Of a DNA stretch of 38,896 nucleotides, positions 1 to 9,006 are shown piece after piece. How positions within the stretch are numbered: the first letter of the stretch is position 1; each line of letters starts with the position of its first letter. The notes under the pieces are model-generated. The model searched no databases, had not been told where the DNA came from, and was given only the letters and a program-made list of their open reading frames with translations. The position numbers were made by a program, and so were the translations under genes. This stretch comes from a virus (lineage: Duplodnaviria; Caudoviricetes): positions 1-38,896 of IMG/VR virus record IMGVR_UViG_3300020045_014315; one strand, 5' to 3'.

Positions 1-1185
1 GAATGTATCACATGGGATGAGGGTAAACCGGAAACCGCTAGATGCGCCTGTCCGAATTGCGGTGGTATCCACGAGGAAAGGCATAAAACTAAAATGTTTG
101 CAGAAAAAGATTTTAGCATAGATGGCCGGGCCGAATGGATAGCGACTAGAGTGAGTAAGGATCCAAAACGGGTTAGTATGCACATATCCGCATTATATTC
201 TCCGGCAGGATTCTATTCATGGGAAAAAGCCGTTAGGGAGTACGAGGACGCTTTGGGAGATGAGAATGCCATGATATCCTGGACAAACTTAACGCTTGGA
301 ATTACTTACAAAGTATCTGGAGAGGTTCCTGATTATGAAAATCTTTATAACAAAAGAGAATCATATCAGATAGGAACAATCCCTGATCCAGTATATTTTT
401 TAACAATGGGCGTGGACATTCAAAGAGACAGGATAGAATTTGAAACTGTTGGATGGTGTCCGGGTCGTAGGAGTTATTCAATTGAATATAGAGTATTGCA
501 AGGGGACACTACCTCGCTGGATAATGATGTATGGCAGGAATTAAGAAACTGCATAAATCATCATTATCCAACAAAAGAGGGTACGTTGATGTCTGTAAAA
601 ATGGTTACTGTCGATTCAGGAGATGGAACCAGTACCAGTGTGGTTTATGATTTTTGCTCCTCTATGGGCAACGAAAGAGTTAAACCAATCAAAGGAATGC
701 CGGATAGTTTTAATTTGATGGTTGGCTCTCCAAAAATCACCACGATAAACAAAGCGGGAAAAAAAATAGGAAAATCGAAAGTTTGGGGAGTTGGAGTTTC
801 AATGATAAAAACTGAATTTTACGGATTTTTAAAACTGAAATCAAAAAAAGATGATGATGGAAACGAAACGTTTCCTAATGGATATTGTCATTTTCCGATG
901 TATAACGAGGCTTATTTTAAAATGCTCACAGCGGAGGAGTACAGGCTTGTTCGAAATAAAAAAACAGGGTTTGCAAAACATCAATGGGTAAAAACAAGAG
1001 ACAGAAATGAGGCTCTGGACTGCAGGGTATATGCTAGGGCAGCTGCCTACCTTGTAGGTATTGACCGATTGAGTGATAAGCAATGGGAAATGATAAAATC
1101 AAGCTCTACCACATTTAGCCAATCGGATAATATTACTACTCAAAAAGTGATTAAAAAAAGAAGTAGTTTCTGGGATAAAAAATAA
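1..1185 (+). CDS. Terminase large subunit, lambda GpA family (5' truncated; C-terminal nuclease region)
   Basis: Frame is open from base 1 (ECITWDEGKPETARCACPNCGG...). GpA-type motifs HISALYSP, LTMGVDIQRDR, VDSG, RNEALDCRVYA. Confidence 0.92.
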   Translation, partial: ECITWDEGKPETARCACPNCGGIHEERHKTKMFAEKDFSIDGRAEWIATRVSKDPKRVSMHISALYSPAGFYSWEKAVREYEDALGDENAMISWTNLTLGITYKVSGEVPDYENLYNKRESYQIGTIPDPVYFLTMGVDIQRDRIEFETVGWCPGRRSYSIEYRVLQGDTTSLDNDVWQELRNCINHHYPTKEGTLMSVKMVTVDSGDGTSTSVVYDFCSSMGNERVKPIKGMPDSFNLMVGSPKITTINKAGKKIGKSKVWGVGVSMIKTEFYGFLKLKSKKDDDGNETFPNGYCHFPMYNEAYFKMLTAEEYRLVRNKKTGFAKHQWVKTRDRNEALDCRVYARAAAYLVGIDRLSDKQWEMIKSSSTTFSQSDNITTQKVIKKRSSFWDKK

Positions 1186-1221
1186 AATAAAAAATCATTA
1201 TATTTACGAAAATTTTATAAT

Positions 1222-1464
1222 ATGGCTACTCCTGTGATTATTTACACTATAGAGCAATACACAATATTGTCTGAGGCTATTGCTTCTGGAGCATTAAAAG
1301 TCAAGTATGGCGATAAAGATGTTGAGTACAGAAGTTTGGAGGATATGCTTCGAATTCAAAAAATAATGTGCGATCAATTATTTCCTTCTCAAAATAAAAA
1401 TAACGGACGTGTTTATTCTGCCTTTAGTAAAGGCACCGGATGCAGTCATAGAAATAAATACTAA
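1222..1464 (+). CDS. gpW-like head-tail joining protein
   Basis: 80 aa between terminase and portal; motif AIASGALKVKYGDKDVEYRSLEDM. Confidence 0.85.
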   Translation: MATPVIIYTIEQYTILSEAIASGALKVKYGDKDVEYRSLEDMLRIQKIMCDQLFPSQNKNNGRVYSAFSKGTGCSHRNKY

Positions 1465-3165
1465 ATGAATCTACTGGACAATATAATTTCGTACGTTAAC
1501 CCAAAGTTAGGTATAGAGCGTTCTCGATACAGAGCACAACAAAAAGCTATAAAGGCCAGACAACGTGCTTATGATGCAGCGGATAAAGGCAGGCGTGGCG
1601 ATGGATGGAATGCCAGGAATTCAGGCAATATAAATTCTGATATCCAAAAATCTCTAAAAACACTTAGAGAAAGATCTATTCATGGATATAAAAATAATTC
1701 CTCTGTATTTTCTGCTCATAGAAAAATACAAAATAATGTCATTGGAACCGGAATAATGCCTACTCCAGTTTCTATAATTGGAGAACCGAAACTTACCGAA
1801 AATGATATTAAAAAAATAAAAGAAGAGTGGAGGGCTTTTGCTGAAACAACAGCCTGTGATTTTAACGGAATGATGTATTTTGGAGGAATTCAATCTTTGG
1901 CTGTTAGAACCATGTCAGTTCAAGGAGAGGCATTCATGATGAAGCAAAGAGATAAAGATGCCAGGACTACATTTAGACTACAGGTATTAGGTCCTCACAT
2001 GGTAGATTCAAATAAAACCACTTATCATCTATCGGAAAGAAAAGGAAATTTTGTGAACCAGGGAATTGAATTTGATTCTCGCGGTAGAAAAGTTGGTTAT
2101 TGGGTTTTTGACTCTGATCCTAGGAATGAGTATCAGATGAAATTGGAGCCTGTTTTTGTTCCAGTTTCGGACATGATTCAAATGTATTATATAGATTTTC
2201 CAGAGCAAGTAAGAGGCGTTCCGTTCGGAGTTCCTGCAATGTTAAACATGCGAGATCTTGACGATTATGAGGATGCTCAGTTATTGCTTCAAAAAGTATC
2301 CGCTTGTCATGTCGGTGTAACAACTAGACCGGAGCCTGTAGAAAATGACCCTAATCAATACGAAACTTACGACCACTTAGAACCCGGAATGATGCAGCAT
2401 TTGGCACCGGGCGAGGAAATTTTATTTAACACTCCTCCAACTCCCGGAAATTATTCTGATTACGTCTCCAAAAATCAACAAAAAAACGCTGCGGGTTTTG
2501 GTATTACTTATGAGGCTTTGACTGGAGATTATTCGAATGTAAATTTTAGTTCTGGCCGAATGGGATGGATTGAGATGAGCAGACAGATTGAGGATTGGCA
2601 ATACAATGTAGTTATTCCTCAATTGTGTGATAAGATTTGGGATTGGTTTATTGATGGCTTAATTATTCGTGGAATCATAAATAAAAGAGCGGGCGTAGAA
2701 TGGACTCCTCCAGGACGTGAAATGATTGATCCAGTTAAAGAAATGAATGGTTTGATTTTGGAATTAAAAACAGGTTTAGTTTCATGGACCGAAGCATGTA
2801 AACGTAGAGGGTACAATCCTGAAACTCTTTTGGAGCAAATCAAAAAAGATAAAAAAGTTTTTGAGGAAGCAGGGATAGATGTAGAGTGGATTATAAAACC
2901 AGAAGCTTCTGCGGATCCACAAAATAATCCGGGCATGGATGGAACTATGACTCCAGAAGATTTGAAAAGAGTTCTGGACGCTTACGGGGTTGGTGTAAGA
3001 GCCGGAACTATTACCCCTACTGAAAATGATGAGGAGTATTTCCGTAATCTGGCTAAGTTCCCAGAAATGGGAGAATCCGTGGTAAATGCATGGAAAGAAG
3101 ACGGAGGATTTAGAAGACCGATTACTTTGGCTATACCTGTGGATAATTCGGATTTTGAAGCATAA
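1465..3165 (+). CDS. Phage portal protein, lambda family
   Basis: Motifs RAYDAA, GIEFD, EQVRGVP, GITYEALTGDYSNVNFSSGRMG, IDPVKE; expected position. Confidence 0.93.
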   Translation: MNLLDNIISYVNPKLGIERSRYRAQQKAIKARQRAYDAADKGRRGDGWNARNSGNINSDIQKSLKTLRERSIHGYKNNSSVFSAHRKIQNNVIGTGIMPTPVSIIGEPKLTENDIKKIKEEWRAFAETTACDFNGMMYFGGIQSLAVRTMSVQGEAFMMKQRDKDARTTFRLQVLGPHMVDSNKTTYHLSERKGNFVNQGIEFDSRGRKVGYWVFDSDPRNEYQMKLEPVFVPVSDMIQMYYIDFPEQVRGVPFGVPAMLNMRDLDDYEDAQLLLQKVSACHVGVTTRPEPVENDPNQYETYDHLEPGMMQHLAPGEEILFNTPPTPGNYSDYVSKNQQKNAAGFGITYEALTGDYSNVNFSSGRMGWIEMSRQIEDWQYNVVIPQLCDKIWDWFIDGLIIRGIINKRAGVEWTPPGREMIDPVKEMNGLILELKTGLVSWTEACKRRGYNPETLLEQIKKDKKVFEEAGIDVEWIIKPEASADPQNNPGMDGTMTPEDLKRVLDAYGVGVRAGTITPTENDEEYFRNLAKFPEMGESVVNAWKEDGGFRRPITLAIPVDNSDFEA

Positions 3166-3207
3166 TAAAAAATAATTGCAAAATCATATATTAATTAAAA
3201 AAAATTA

Positions 3208-3215
3208 TACATTTG
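3208..3215 (+). promoter_or_regulatory. Putative Bacteroidota -7 promoter element (TACATTTG) 4 nt before the capsid ATG
   Basis: Matches TAnnTTTG in an intergenic position. Confidence 0.5.
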
Positions 3216-3219
3216 TATT

Positions 3220-5250
3220 ATGTCAGACAAAAAGAAAATAATCAAACATTTACCTACTCAGCAAACTAGAGCTGAGTTTAGGGCTGATACATTTGACACC
3301 GAGAACAGAACCGTTGAGGTTTCGTTCGCTACGGAGACAGCAGTAAGAACTTTCGACTGGGATTCTTACGAAAATATCAATGAGATTTTAGTGTGTACGC
3401 CAGAGGCGGGAGACTTGACTAGATTGAATTCTGGTGCGCCTGTTTTGGACAATCACAATAAATGGGGCCAAACCTCCAAAGTTGTTGTAGGTGTTGTAGA
3501 ATCTGCTCGATTTGAAAATGGAATAGGTATCGCAAAATTAAGATTTGGAAATTCAGAGGATGATACTGAATTAATGAATAAAGTTCGTGACAAAATAGTT
3601 ACTGGAATTTCTGTTGGATACAATGTGAAAGAATATCAAGTTACTAGAACCGAAGGCGAAACGCCTATTTACCGTGCTACAAAATGGGAACCTACAGAAA
3701 TTTCTTTTTGTCCAGTTCAGGCCGATGTGAATAGCCGAGTTCGAAGTGACGAAGGCAACAATGAAGTAATTATAAATGATGTCACTCCAATTGCGGAACC
3801 TGATACAACAGAAATTCCTGCAACGGAAGAAAATATAACCACCGAAGAAAATATTAATAACGAAAATAACGACAGCGAAATGACTGAAGAAGAAAAAAGA
3901 GCAGCGGAGGCCGCTACTCGCACACAGGCGGCAAAAGACGAACGTGTGAGAATCTCAGGTATCCAAAGTAAAGTTAGGCTTTTAGGTCTTCCTGAAACTG
4001 TTGCGACTACCCTGATAGACGAAGGCGTTAGTGTAGATGTTGCATCTACCAGAGCTTTGGCAGAATGGGAAAAATTACAGCCTGCTAATCCGGTACCTAC
4101 AGCTAATCAAGCTCATGCAGATGCAGAGCAAACGCGTTCTGCTATGGCGAACTCGTTAGTTCTTAGAATTGACCCTAGATCTGCTAGCGTTATAGGAGCT
4201 GATAATGTTAGAGCGGCTGAGGATTTCAAAGGCATGACGCTTTTGAGATTAGCAGAGGAATCTTTGATTCGTTCAGGGGTTAAAACTGCTGGATTAAGCC
4301 CTAAACAAATTGCAACTGCGGCATTAGGTGGTAAAGTTCGTGGATTACACCACACAACTGATTTCCCTCTATTGTTGATGAGTACTGTCAACAGAACCTT
4401 ATTGGCACAATACGCGATCCAAGAACGTACTTTTACTGAATGGGCTAGACGCTCTACAATAAACGATTTCCGTCCTATGACTAGAGTTCGTTTATCTGAG
4501 ATACTAGGTAATTTGGAGGAAGTTAAAGAAGGTGCTGAGTACAAATATGGAACTTTCTCAGAATCTGGAGAGACTTACAAATTAGCCAAATACGGTAAAA
4601 TTATCGGTATTACATGGGAGGCAATTATCAATGATGATTTATCAGCATTCGATAGAATTCCGCAGGCATTCGCTGTAAAAGCGGCTCAATTGCAATCTGA
4701 TATTGTCTACAGCATGATTTTAGCAAACGGATTCGCTGTTATGTCGGATGGAAATGCTTTGTTTTCTGCCGCTCACGGAAATTTCGTAGGAACAGCAAAC
4801 AGTCAAACGGCTGGGGGTTCTGCTTTATCTGAGGTAACTTTGACTGCAGCATATACTGCTTTTAGATCTCAAAAAGGATCTGATGGAAGTTATTTAAACT
4901 TACGTCCGAAATTCTTAATTGTTGGACCTAAAAATGAATTTTTAGCTCAAAAATTAACTTCTGTTAACTTTGTAGCTACTAAACAGTCAGATACTCCAGT
5001 GGGAGCATTGACAGGTTTAACTCTTGTAGTTGATGCCAGAATTACCAATTACGAATGGTTTTTATCTGCGGATCCTGCTTCATTGGATACTGTAGAGTAT
5101 GCATTCTTAGCGGGCGAGGAGGAGTTGTTTATTGACGAAAGAGAAGGATTCAATATTGATGGCGTTGAGGTAAAAGCTAGAGTAGTTTTTGCAGCCAAAG
5201 CTATCGACTGGAGAGGTCTTTACCGAAATAACGGAGCTGCACCAGCATAG
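3220..5250 (+). CDS. Prohead protease / major capsid protein fusion
   Basis: N-terminal HK97-type protease (VLDNH, ISVGY, WEPTEISFCPVQAD), acidic/coiled linker, C-terminal capsid domain (TTDFPLLL, YGKIIGITWEAIINDDL, AIDWRGLY). Confidence 0.9.
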   Translation: MSDKKKIIKHLPTQQTRAEFRADTFDTENRTVEVSFATETAVRTFDWDSYENINEILVCTPEAGDLTRLNSGAPVLDNHNKWGQTSKVVVGVVESARFENGIGIAKLRFGNSEDDTELMNKVRDKIVTGISVGYNVKEYQVTRTEGETPIYRATKWEPTEISFCPVQADVNSRVRSDEGNNEVIINDVTPIAEPDTTEIPATEENITTEENINNENNDSEMTEEEKRAAEAATRTQAAKDERVRISGIQSKVRLLGLPETVATTLIDEGVSVDVASTRALAEWEKLQPANPVPTANQAHADAEQTRSAMANSLVLRIDPRSASVIGADNVRAAEDFKGMTLLRLAEESLIRSGVKTAGLSPKQIATAALGGKVRGLHHTTDFPLLLMSTVNRTLLAQYAIQERTFTEWARRSTINDFRPMTRVRLSEILGNLEEVKEGAEYKYGTFSESGETYKLAKYGKIIGITWEAIINDDLSAFDRIPQAFAVKAAQLQSDIVYSMILANGFAVMSDGNALFSAAHGNFVGTANSQTAGGSALSEVTLTAAYTAFRSQKGSDGSYLNLRPKFLIVGPKNEFLAQKLTSVNFVATKQSDTPVGALTGLTLVVDARITNYEWFLSADPASLDTVEYAFLAGEEELFIDEREGFNIDGVEVKARVVFAAKAIDWRGLYRNNGAAPA

Positions 5251-5275
5251 TCGGAGTAACAAACAAAAAAATAAC

Positions 5276-5291
5276 GGGGTCTTAGGACCCC
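5276..5291 (+). terminator. GC-rich hairpin after capsid gene (weak terminator or stabilising stem)
   Basis: GGGGTC-TTAG-GACCCC; poor U-tract. Confidence 0.45.
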
Positions 5292-5308
5292 TTAATAAAA
5301 TATAAAAT

Positions 5309-5626
5309 ATGAAAAATTTTGTTGAAAAAGGAGAGACTATTAATGTGGTTCTTACAGCGGATGCCGCTTCTGGATCCATAGTTACAATAGGGTCTGTTGC
5401 TGGAATCGCTTCTGGAGCTTATTTGTCTGGAGAAACTGCTGTAGTTAATTTATGTGGAGTTTATTCCGTGCCTAAAGTTTCTGCCGATGTGATCGCTCAG
5501 GGAACCAAAGTTTACGCTATTGCTGGACAGGCAGGAATTACTGCATCAACTAATGTATTTTTAGGATATGCCTACGAATCTGTTGGAGCAGGAGCCGGAA
5601 ACATTGCTGTTTTATTAGCTAGATAA
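5309..5626 (+). CDS. DUF2190-family capsid cement/decoration protein
   Basis: MKNFVEKGETI start, Gly/Ala-rich 105 aa directly after the capsid gene. Confidence 0.8.
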   Translation: MKNFVEKGETINVVLTADAASGSIVTIGSVAGIASGAYLSGETAVVNLCGVYSVPKVSADVIAQGTKVYAIAGQAGITASTNVFLGYAYESVGAGAGNIAVLLAR

Positions 5627-5627
5627 C

Positions 5628-5978
5628 ATGAACATTTTTGATTCATTAAAAAGACAGGTGTTTGATGTCGTAACTCAGCAAATGGGTTACGATGCTACGT
5701 GGACCTCTAGTGAATCAGGAAGTTTAGAATTGAAGGCTAGAATAGGTTTTAAGGATCCCTCTGAAAAACAGGAATTATCCGGTATTGATTCGTGGAATCC
5801 AGATGAGCCATTTATGGAATATCGAAAAGATTTCTTTGAAGGGTTAAAACAGAGAGTTGATAGTGGAAATGCTGAATTTGTGGATATAGATACTAAAGGG
5901 CGTTTTGCTGTTGTTTCCGTTCCGACGATATACGATGGCGATACATTTGTAGCTAGACTTAGAAAAGTACCAGTATGA
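5628..5978 (+). CDS. Putative head-tail joining/closure protein
   Basis: Position and size within the head completion cluster. Confidence 0.55.
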   Translation: MNIFDSLKRQVFDVVTQQMGYDATWTSSESGSLELKARIGFKDPSEKQELSGIDSWNPDEPFMEYRKDFFEGLKQRVDSGNAEFVDIDTKGRFAVVSVPTIYDGDTFVARLRKVPV

Positions 5979-6496
5979 ATTATGAAGTTTTAGAATCTCA
6001 GATAGTTGGAAGACTCTCATTTATGGAGTCTGCAAATATATCTGTTGAGAAAATGCCAGAGATAGAATCGGAAAGAAAAAAGCCGTTACCTACAAAAGCA
6101 AAAATAACAGTTATTTATGCAGGTTCTGAGTATCCTCCTCCAAATTCAACATCTCAGGTAAGACAAGAGGAAAAAATTTTTATTCAAATACTTATAGAGA
6201 GTACTTTTTTGAGAGGTCCGCAAGGTGTTTATAATTTGATTTCGGTATTAAAAGAGGCTTTGATTGGGTATCAGCCTAGTTTTTGCACTAGAATACAGGC
6301 TGTTAAACATCATACTATTGGGAGTGATGATGCAGATAGAATCAATAATATGTGGTCCTATAACATAATTTTCCAGACTACTGGAATAGCGGTTGAGAAC
6401 TATAATGAAGACACATCTGTTTTATTGAAAAAAATAACATTGATTGACATTCCTGATGGAGAACTCACAATAATACCAAATCCAAACAATGATTAA
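5975..6496 (+). CDS. Gp37-like tail completion protein
   Basis: Precedes sheath; ITVIYAGSEY and LIGYQP motifs; ATGA overlap with upstream gene. Confidence 0.6.
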   Translation: MNYEVLESQIVGRLSFMESANISVEKMPEIESERKKPLPTKAKITVIYAGSEYPPPNSTSQVRQEEKIFIQILIESTFLRGPQGVYNLISVLKEALIGYQPSFCTRIQAVKHHTIGSDDADRINNMWSYNIIFQTTGIAVENYNEDTSVLLKKITLIDIPDGELTIIPNPNND

Positions 6497-6516
6497 TAAA
6501 AATAAAAAAAAATAAT

Positions 6517-7932
6517 ATGGCAGCTAATTATTTACATGGAGTCGAGACTATAGAAGTAGATCAAGGCGCCAGATCCATAAACATTATAAAATCTTCGGTT
6601 ATTGTTTTGGTTGGTATTGCTCCGATAGGTCCAGTAAATGAACTTACTTTGGTTCTGTCTCCAACAGATGCCGCTCAATTTGGGCAACAATTACCAGGTT
6701 TTACTATTCCGCAGGCTTTGGATGCTATTTTTAAACAAGGTCCAGCAACTGTGATTGTAGTGAATACATTCTCGTTTTCTTCGAATACTGTTGATGTTCT
6801 TTTGGAATCAAAAACCATCACAGGAGGAAAACTTAAATTGAGTTCAGCTCCGGTAAATACCGCAGCTATATTTTTGACGGATGGCACTACTGAATACACT
6901 GGAGTTAAAGATGTGGATTACACATTGGACGCTTTTGGTAATTTCACTGCTTTATCTGCAGTAGCTTCTGAAGGATTGGTTCTTAAGTTTAGCTATAAAA
7001 AACTAGATACAGGAACAATTACATCCTCTCAAATTATCGGTACAATTACGGGTCAAGTTAAAACAGGTACTAAATTATTTGAAAACATTTTTAATACTTA
7101 CGGTTTTTATCCTAAGATATTATTAGCTCCTGTTTCTGTGGAAATGCCTGCAGTAGCCACTGAGTTGATTGCTTTGGCTAGTAAGTACAGAGCGATTGCT
7201 TTAATAGATGCTCCGGCAGGAACAACGGTAACCGCTGCGATTGCAGGAAGAGGACCAGCATCTACCATAAATTTTAAAACGGATAGCGAAAGAGCTTATT
7301 TGCTTTGTCCTCACGTGAAGGTTTATGACGCAGATACAAACGCCAATATAAACGCTCCTTTTAGTTCGTTTATGGCCGGTGTTATATCATCTGTTGATTT
7401 GAATGAGGGTTATTGGATATCTCCATCAAATCACTCCATTCAAGGGGTTATAGGTCCAGAGTATTTGATTACAGCCTCAGTTAATGACGCTACAACGGAT
7501 GCTAATTTATTGAACGAAAAAGGAATTACTACTTTATTCTCTGGATACGGTACAGGTTTGCGCACATGGGGTAATAGATCGGCTGCATTTCCGACAAATA
7601 CAACTGTGAAAAACTTCATCCCTATTCGTAGGATGGCAGATGTGGTCCACGAATCACTAGAACAGGGAATGCTTCAATTTATTGATAAACCAATTAATCA
7701 GGCTACTATTGATGCTATTAGAGAGACTGGAAATTCATTTTTTAGAACTCTTATAGGACGTGGAGCTTGTTTACCTGGTTCAAGATGTGAATTCAAAGCA
7801 GAGGATAATCCACCTACGGAGTTAGCGGCTGGACATGTAACGTTTCAGCTTATATTTATGGGGCCAACTCCTGCCGAAAGAATTACTTTCAAATCATTCC
7901 TAGATATTAACTTATTATCACAAATAATCTAA
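6517..7932 (+). CDS. Contractile tail sheath protein
   Basis: MAANYLHGVETIEV start; GYWISPSN, LNEKGITT, GLRTWGNRS, PTPAERITF. Confidence 0.93.
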   Translation: MAANYLHGVETIEVDQGARSINIIKSSVIVLVGIAPIGPVNELTLVLSPTDAAQFGQQLPGFTIPQALDAIFKQGPATVIVVNTFSFSSNTVDVLLESKTITGGKLKLSSAPVNTAAIFLTDGTTEYTGVKDVDYTLDAFGNFTALSAVASEGLVLKFSYKKLDTGTITSSQIIGTITGQVKTGTKLFENIFNTYGFYPKILLAPVSVEMPAVATELIALASKYRAIALIDAPAGTTVTAAIAGRGPASTINFKTDSERAYLLCPHVKVYDADTNANINAPFSSFMAGVISSVDLNEGYWISPSNHSIQGVIGPEYLITASVNDATTDANLLNEKGITTLFSGYGTGLRTWGNRSAAFPTNTTVKNFIPIRRMADVVHESLEQGMLQFIDKPINQATIDAIRETGNSFFRTLIGRGACLPGSRCEFKAEDNPPTELAAGHVTFQLIFMGPTPAERITFKSFLDINLLSQII

Positions 7933-8453
7933 TGGCACAGATACAAGTAAACAGACTGACAAACGCGAATGTCTATGTAGATGGAACTTCGCATCTGGGT
8001 AAAGTTGAGGAAATCAACCTACCGGATATCACTTTCATGTTAGCAGAACACAAAGCTCTTGGAATGATTGGAAAATTCGAGTTGTTCTCAGGAATAGATA
8101 AGATGGAGGCTACTATTAAGTGGAATGCTTTTTATGCCGATGTTTTGAAAAAATTTGCGGATCCTCGAAAAGCATTGAAATTGCAGGTAAGGAGTTCATT
8201 GGAAACTTACAACTCTGATGGGTTATTGAGCGAGGTTCCTTGCGTGGCTTACTTGACAGGTCAAGCTAAGAATTTCCCAGGAGGTAATTTCAAGCAGCAC
8301 GACAATGTGGAGGCTACGTCTAAAATGACGTTGACTGCTTATAAGCTAGAAATCGATGGCGTTCCTGTAATTGAATATGATGCTATGGCTAATATTTACA
8401 TGGTGGACGGAGTAGATATTTTTGCAAAATATACCTCCAATATTGGAGGGTAA
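7932..8453 (+). CDS. Major tail tube protein (P2 FII-like)
   Basis: 173 aa after sheath; NANVYVDG..LGKVEEINLP and YKLEIDG motifs. Confidence 0.9.
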   Translation: MAQIQVNRLTNANVYVDGTSHLGKVEEINLPDITFMLAEHKALGMIGKFELFSGIDKMEATIKWNAFYADVLKKFADPRKALKLQVRSSLETYNSDGLLSEVPCVAYLTGQAKNFPGGNFKQHDNVEATSKMTLTAYKLEIDGVPVIEYDAMANIYMVDGVDIFAKYTSNIGG

Positions 8454-8459
8454 AAATAC

Positions 8460-8481
8460 ACCGCCTGTTAACTCAGGCGGT
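8460..8481 (+). terminator. Hairpin after tail tube gene
   Basis: ACCGCCTG-TTAACT-CAGGCGGT; weak U-tract. Confidence 0.5.
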
Positions 8482-8512
8482 TAAATTAAATAATTAAAAA
8501 CACCTAATCAAA

Positions 8513-8818
8513 ATGGAATCAAAAACACCAAAGACGCAACCGTCAAAAAATCCCGCTGCATTATCTGCAGAAGAAAGAAATGTTTATTTAGAGTTCGATT
8601 TACCTAGCGGTAAAAAATGCGTTATAAAAAGATTCAAAGGCAAACACGTTCAACAGGCACAAAGGTTAATGAATGAGGATGGTTCGGATATGGCTGATTG
8701 TTTAGCAGCAATCCTGATAGAAATTGACGGAAAGCCAATTTTTAAAGAAGAACTTCCTGAGATGGATGGAGTTGATTATTTAAAAATAATCACGCCTATA
8801 AATCAGCTTTTTGTGTAA
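8513..8818 (+). CDS. Tail assembly chaperone (P2 gpE-like)
   Basis: 101 aa between tube and tape measure; ends at CTT TTT GTG TAA slippery site. Confidence 0.8.
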   Translation: MESKTPKTQPSKNPAALSAEERNVYLEFDLPSGKKCVIKRFKGKHVQQAQRLMNEDGSDMADCLAAILIEIDGKPIFKEELPEMDGVDYLKIITPINQLFV

Positions 8819-8958
8819 CGCCGGAGCAATTAATGTTTCTGGCACATTTTAGCGGAACGTCATTGATTGAATTATTCGAAATGGATGGCAATGATGTTCA
8901 TTACTGGTATGTTGAAGCGATAAAGATTCATAACAAAATGAATCCTAGAGAGGATTAA
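8812..8958 (+). CDS. -1 frameshift extension of the tail chaperone (gpE+E'-like), not in ORF track
   Basis: -1 frame reads CVTPEQLMFLAHFSGTSLIELFEMDGNDVHYWYVEAIKIHNKMNPRED*, resembling the P2 E' pattern. Confidence 0.75.
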   Translation, partial: CVTPEQLMFLAHFSGTSLIELFEMDGNDVHYWYVEAIKIHNKMNPRED

Positions 8959-8962
8959 TTAT

Positions 8963-8993
8963 AAACCGCACCGTAATTCGGTTGCGGTTTTTT
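8963..8993 (+). terminator. Intrinsic terminator before tape measure gene
   Basis: AAACCGCACCG-TAATT-CGGTTGCGGTTTTTT stem with one bulge and a U-tract. Confidence 0.65.
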
Positions 8994-9006
8994 AATACAA
9001 AAAAAT

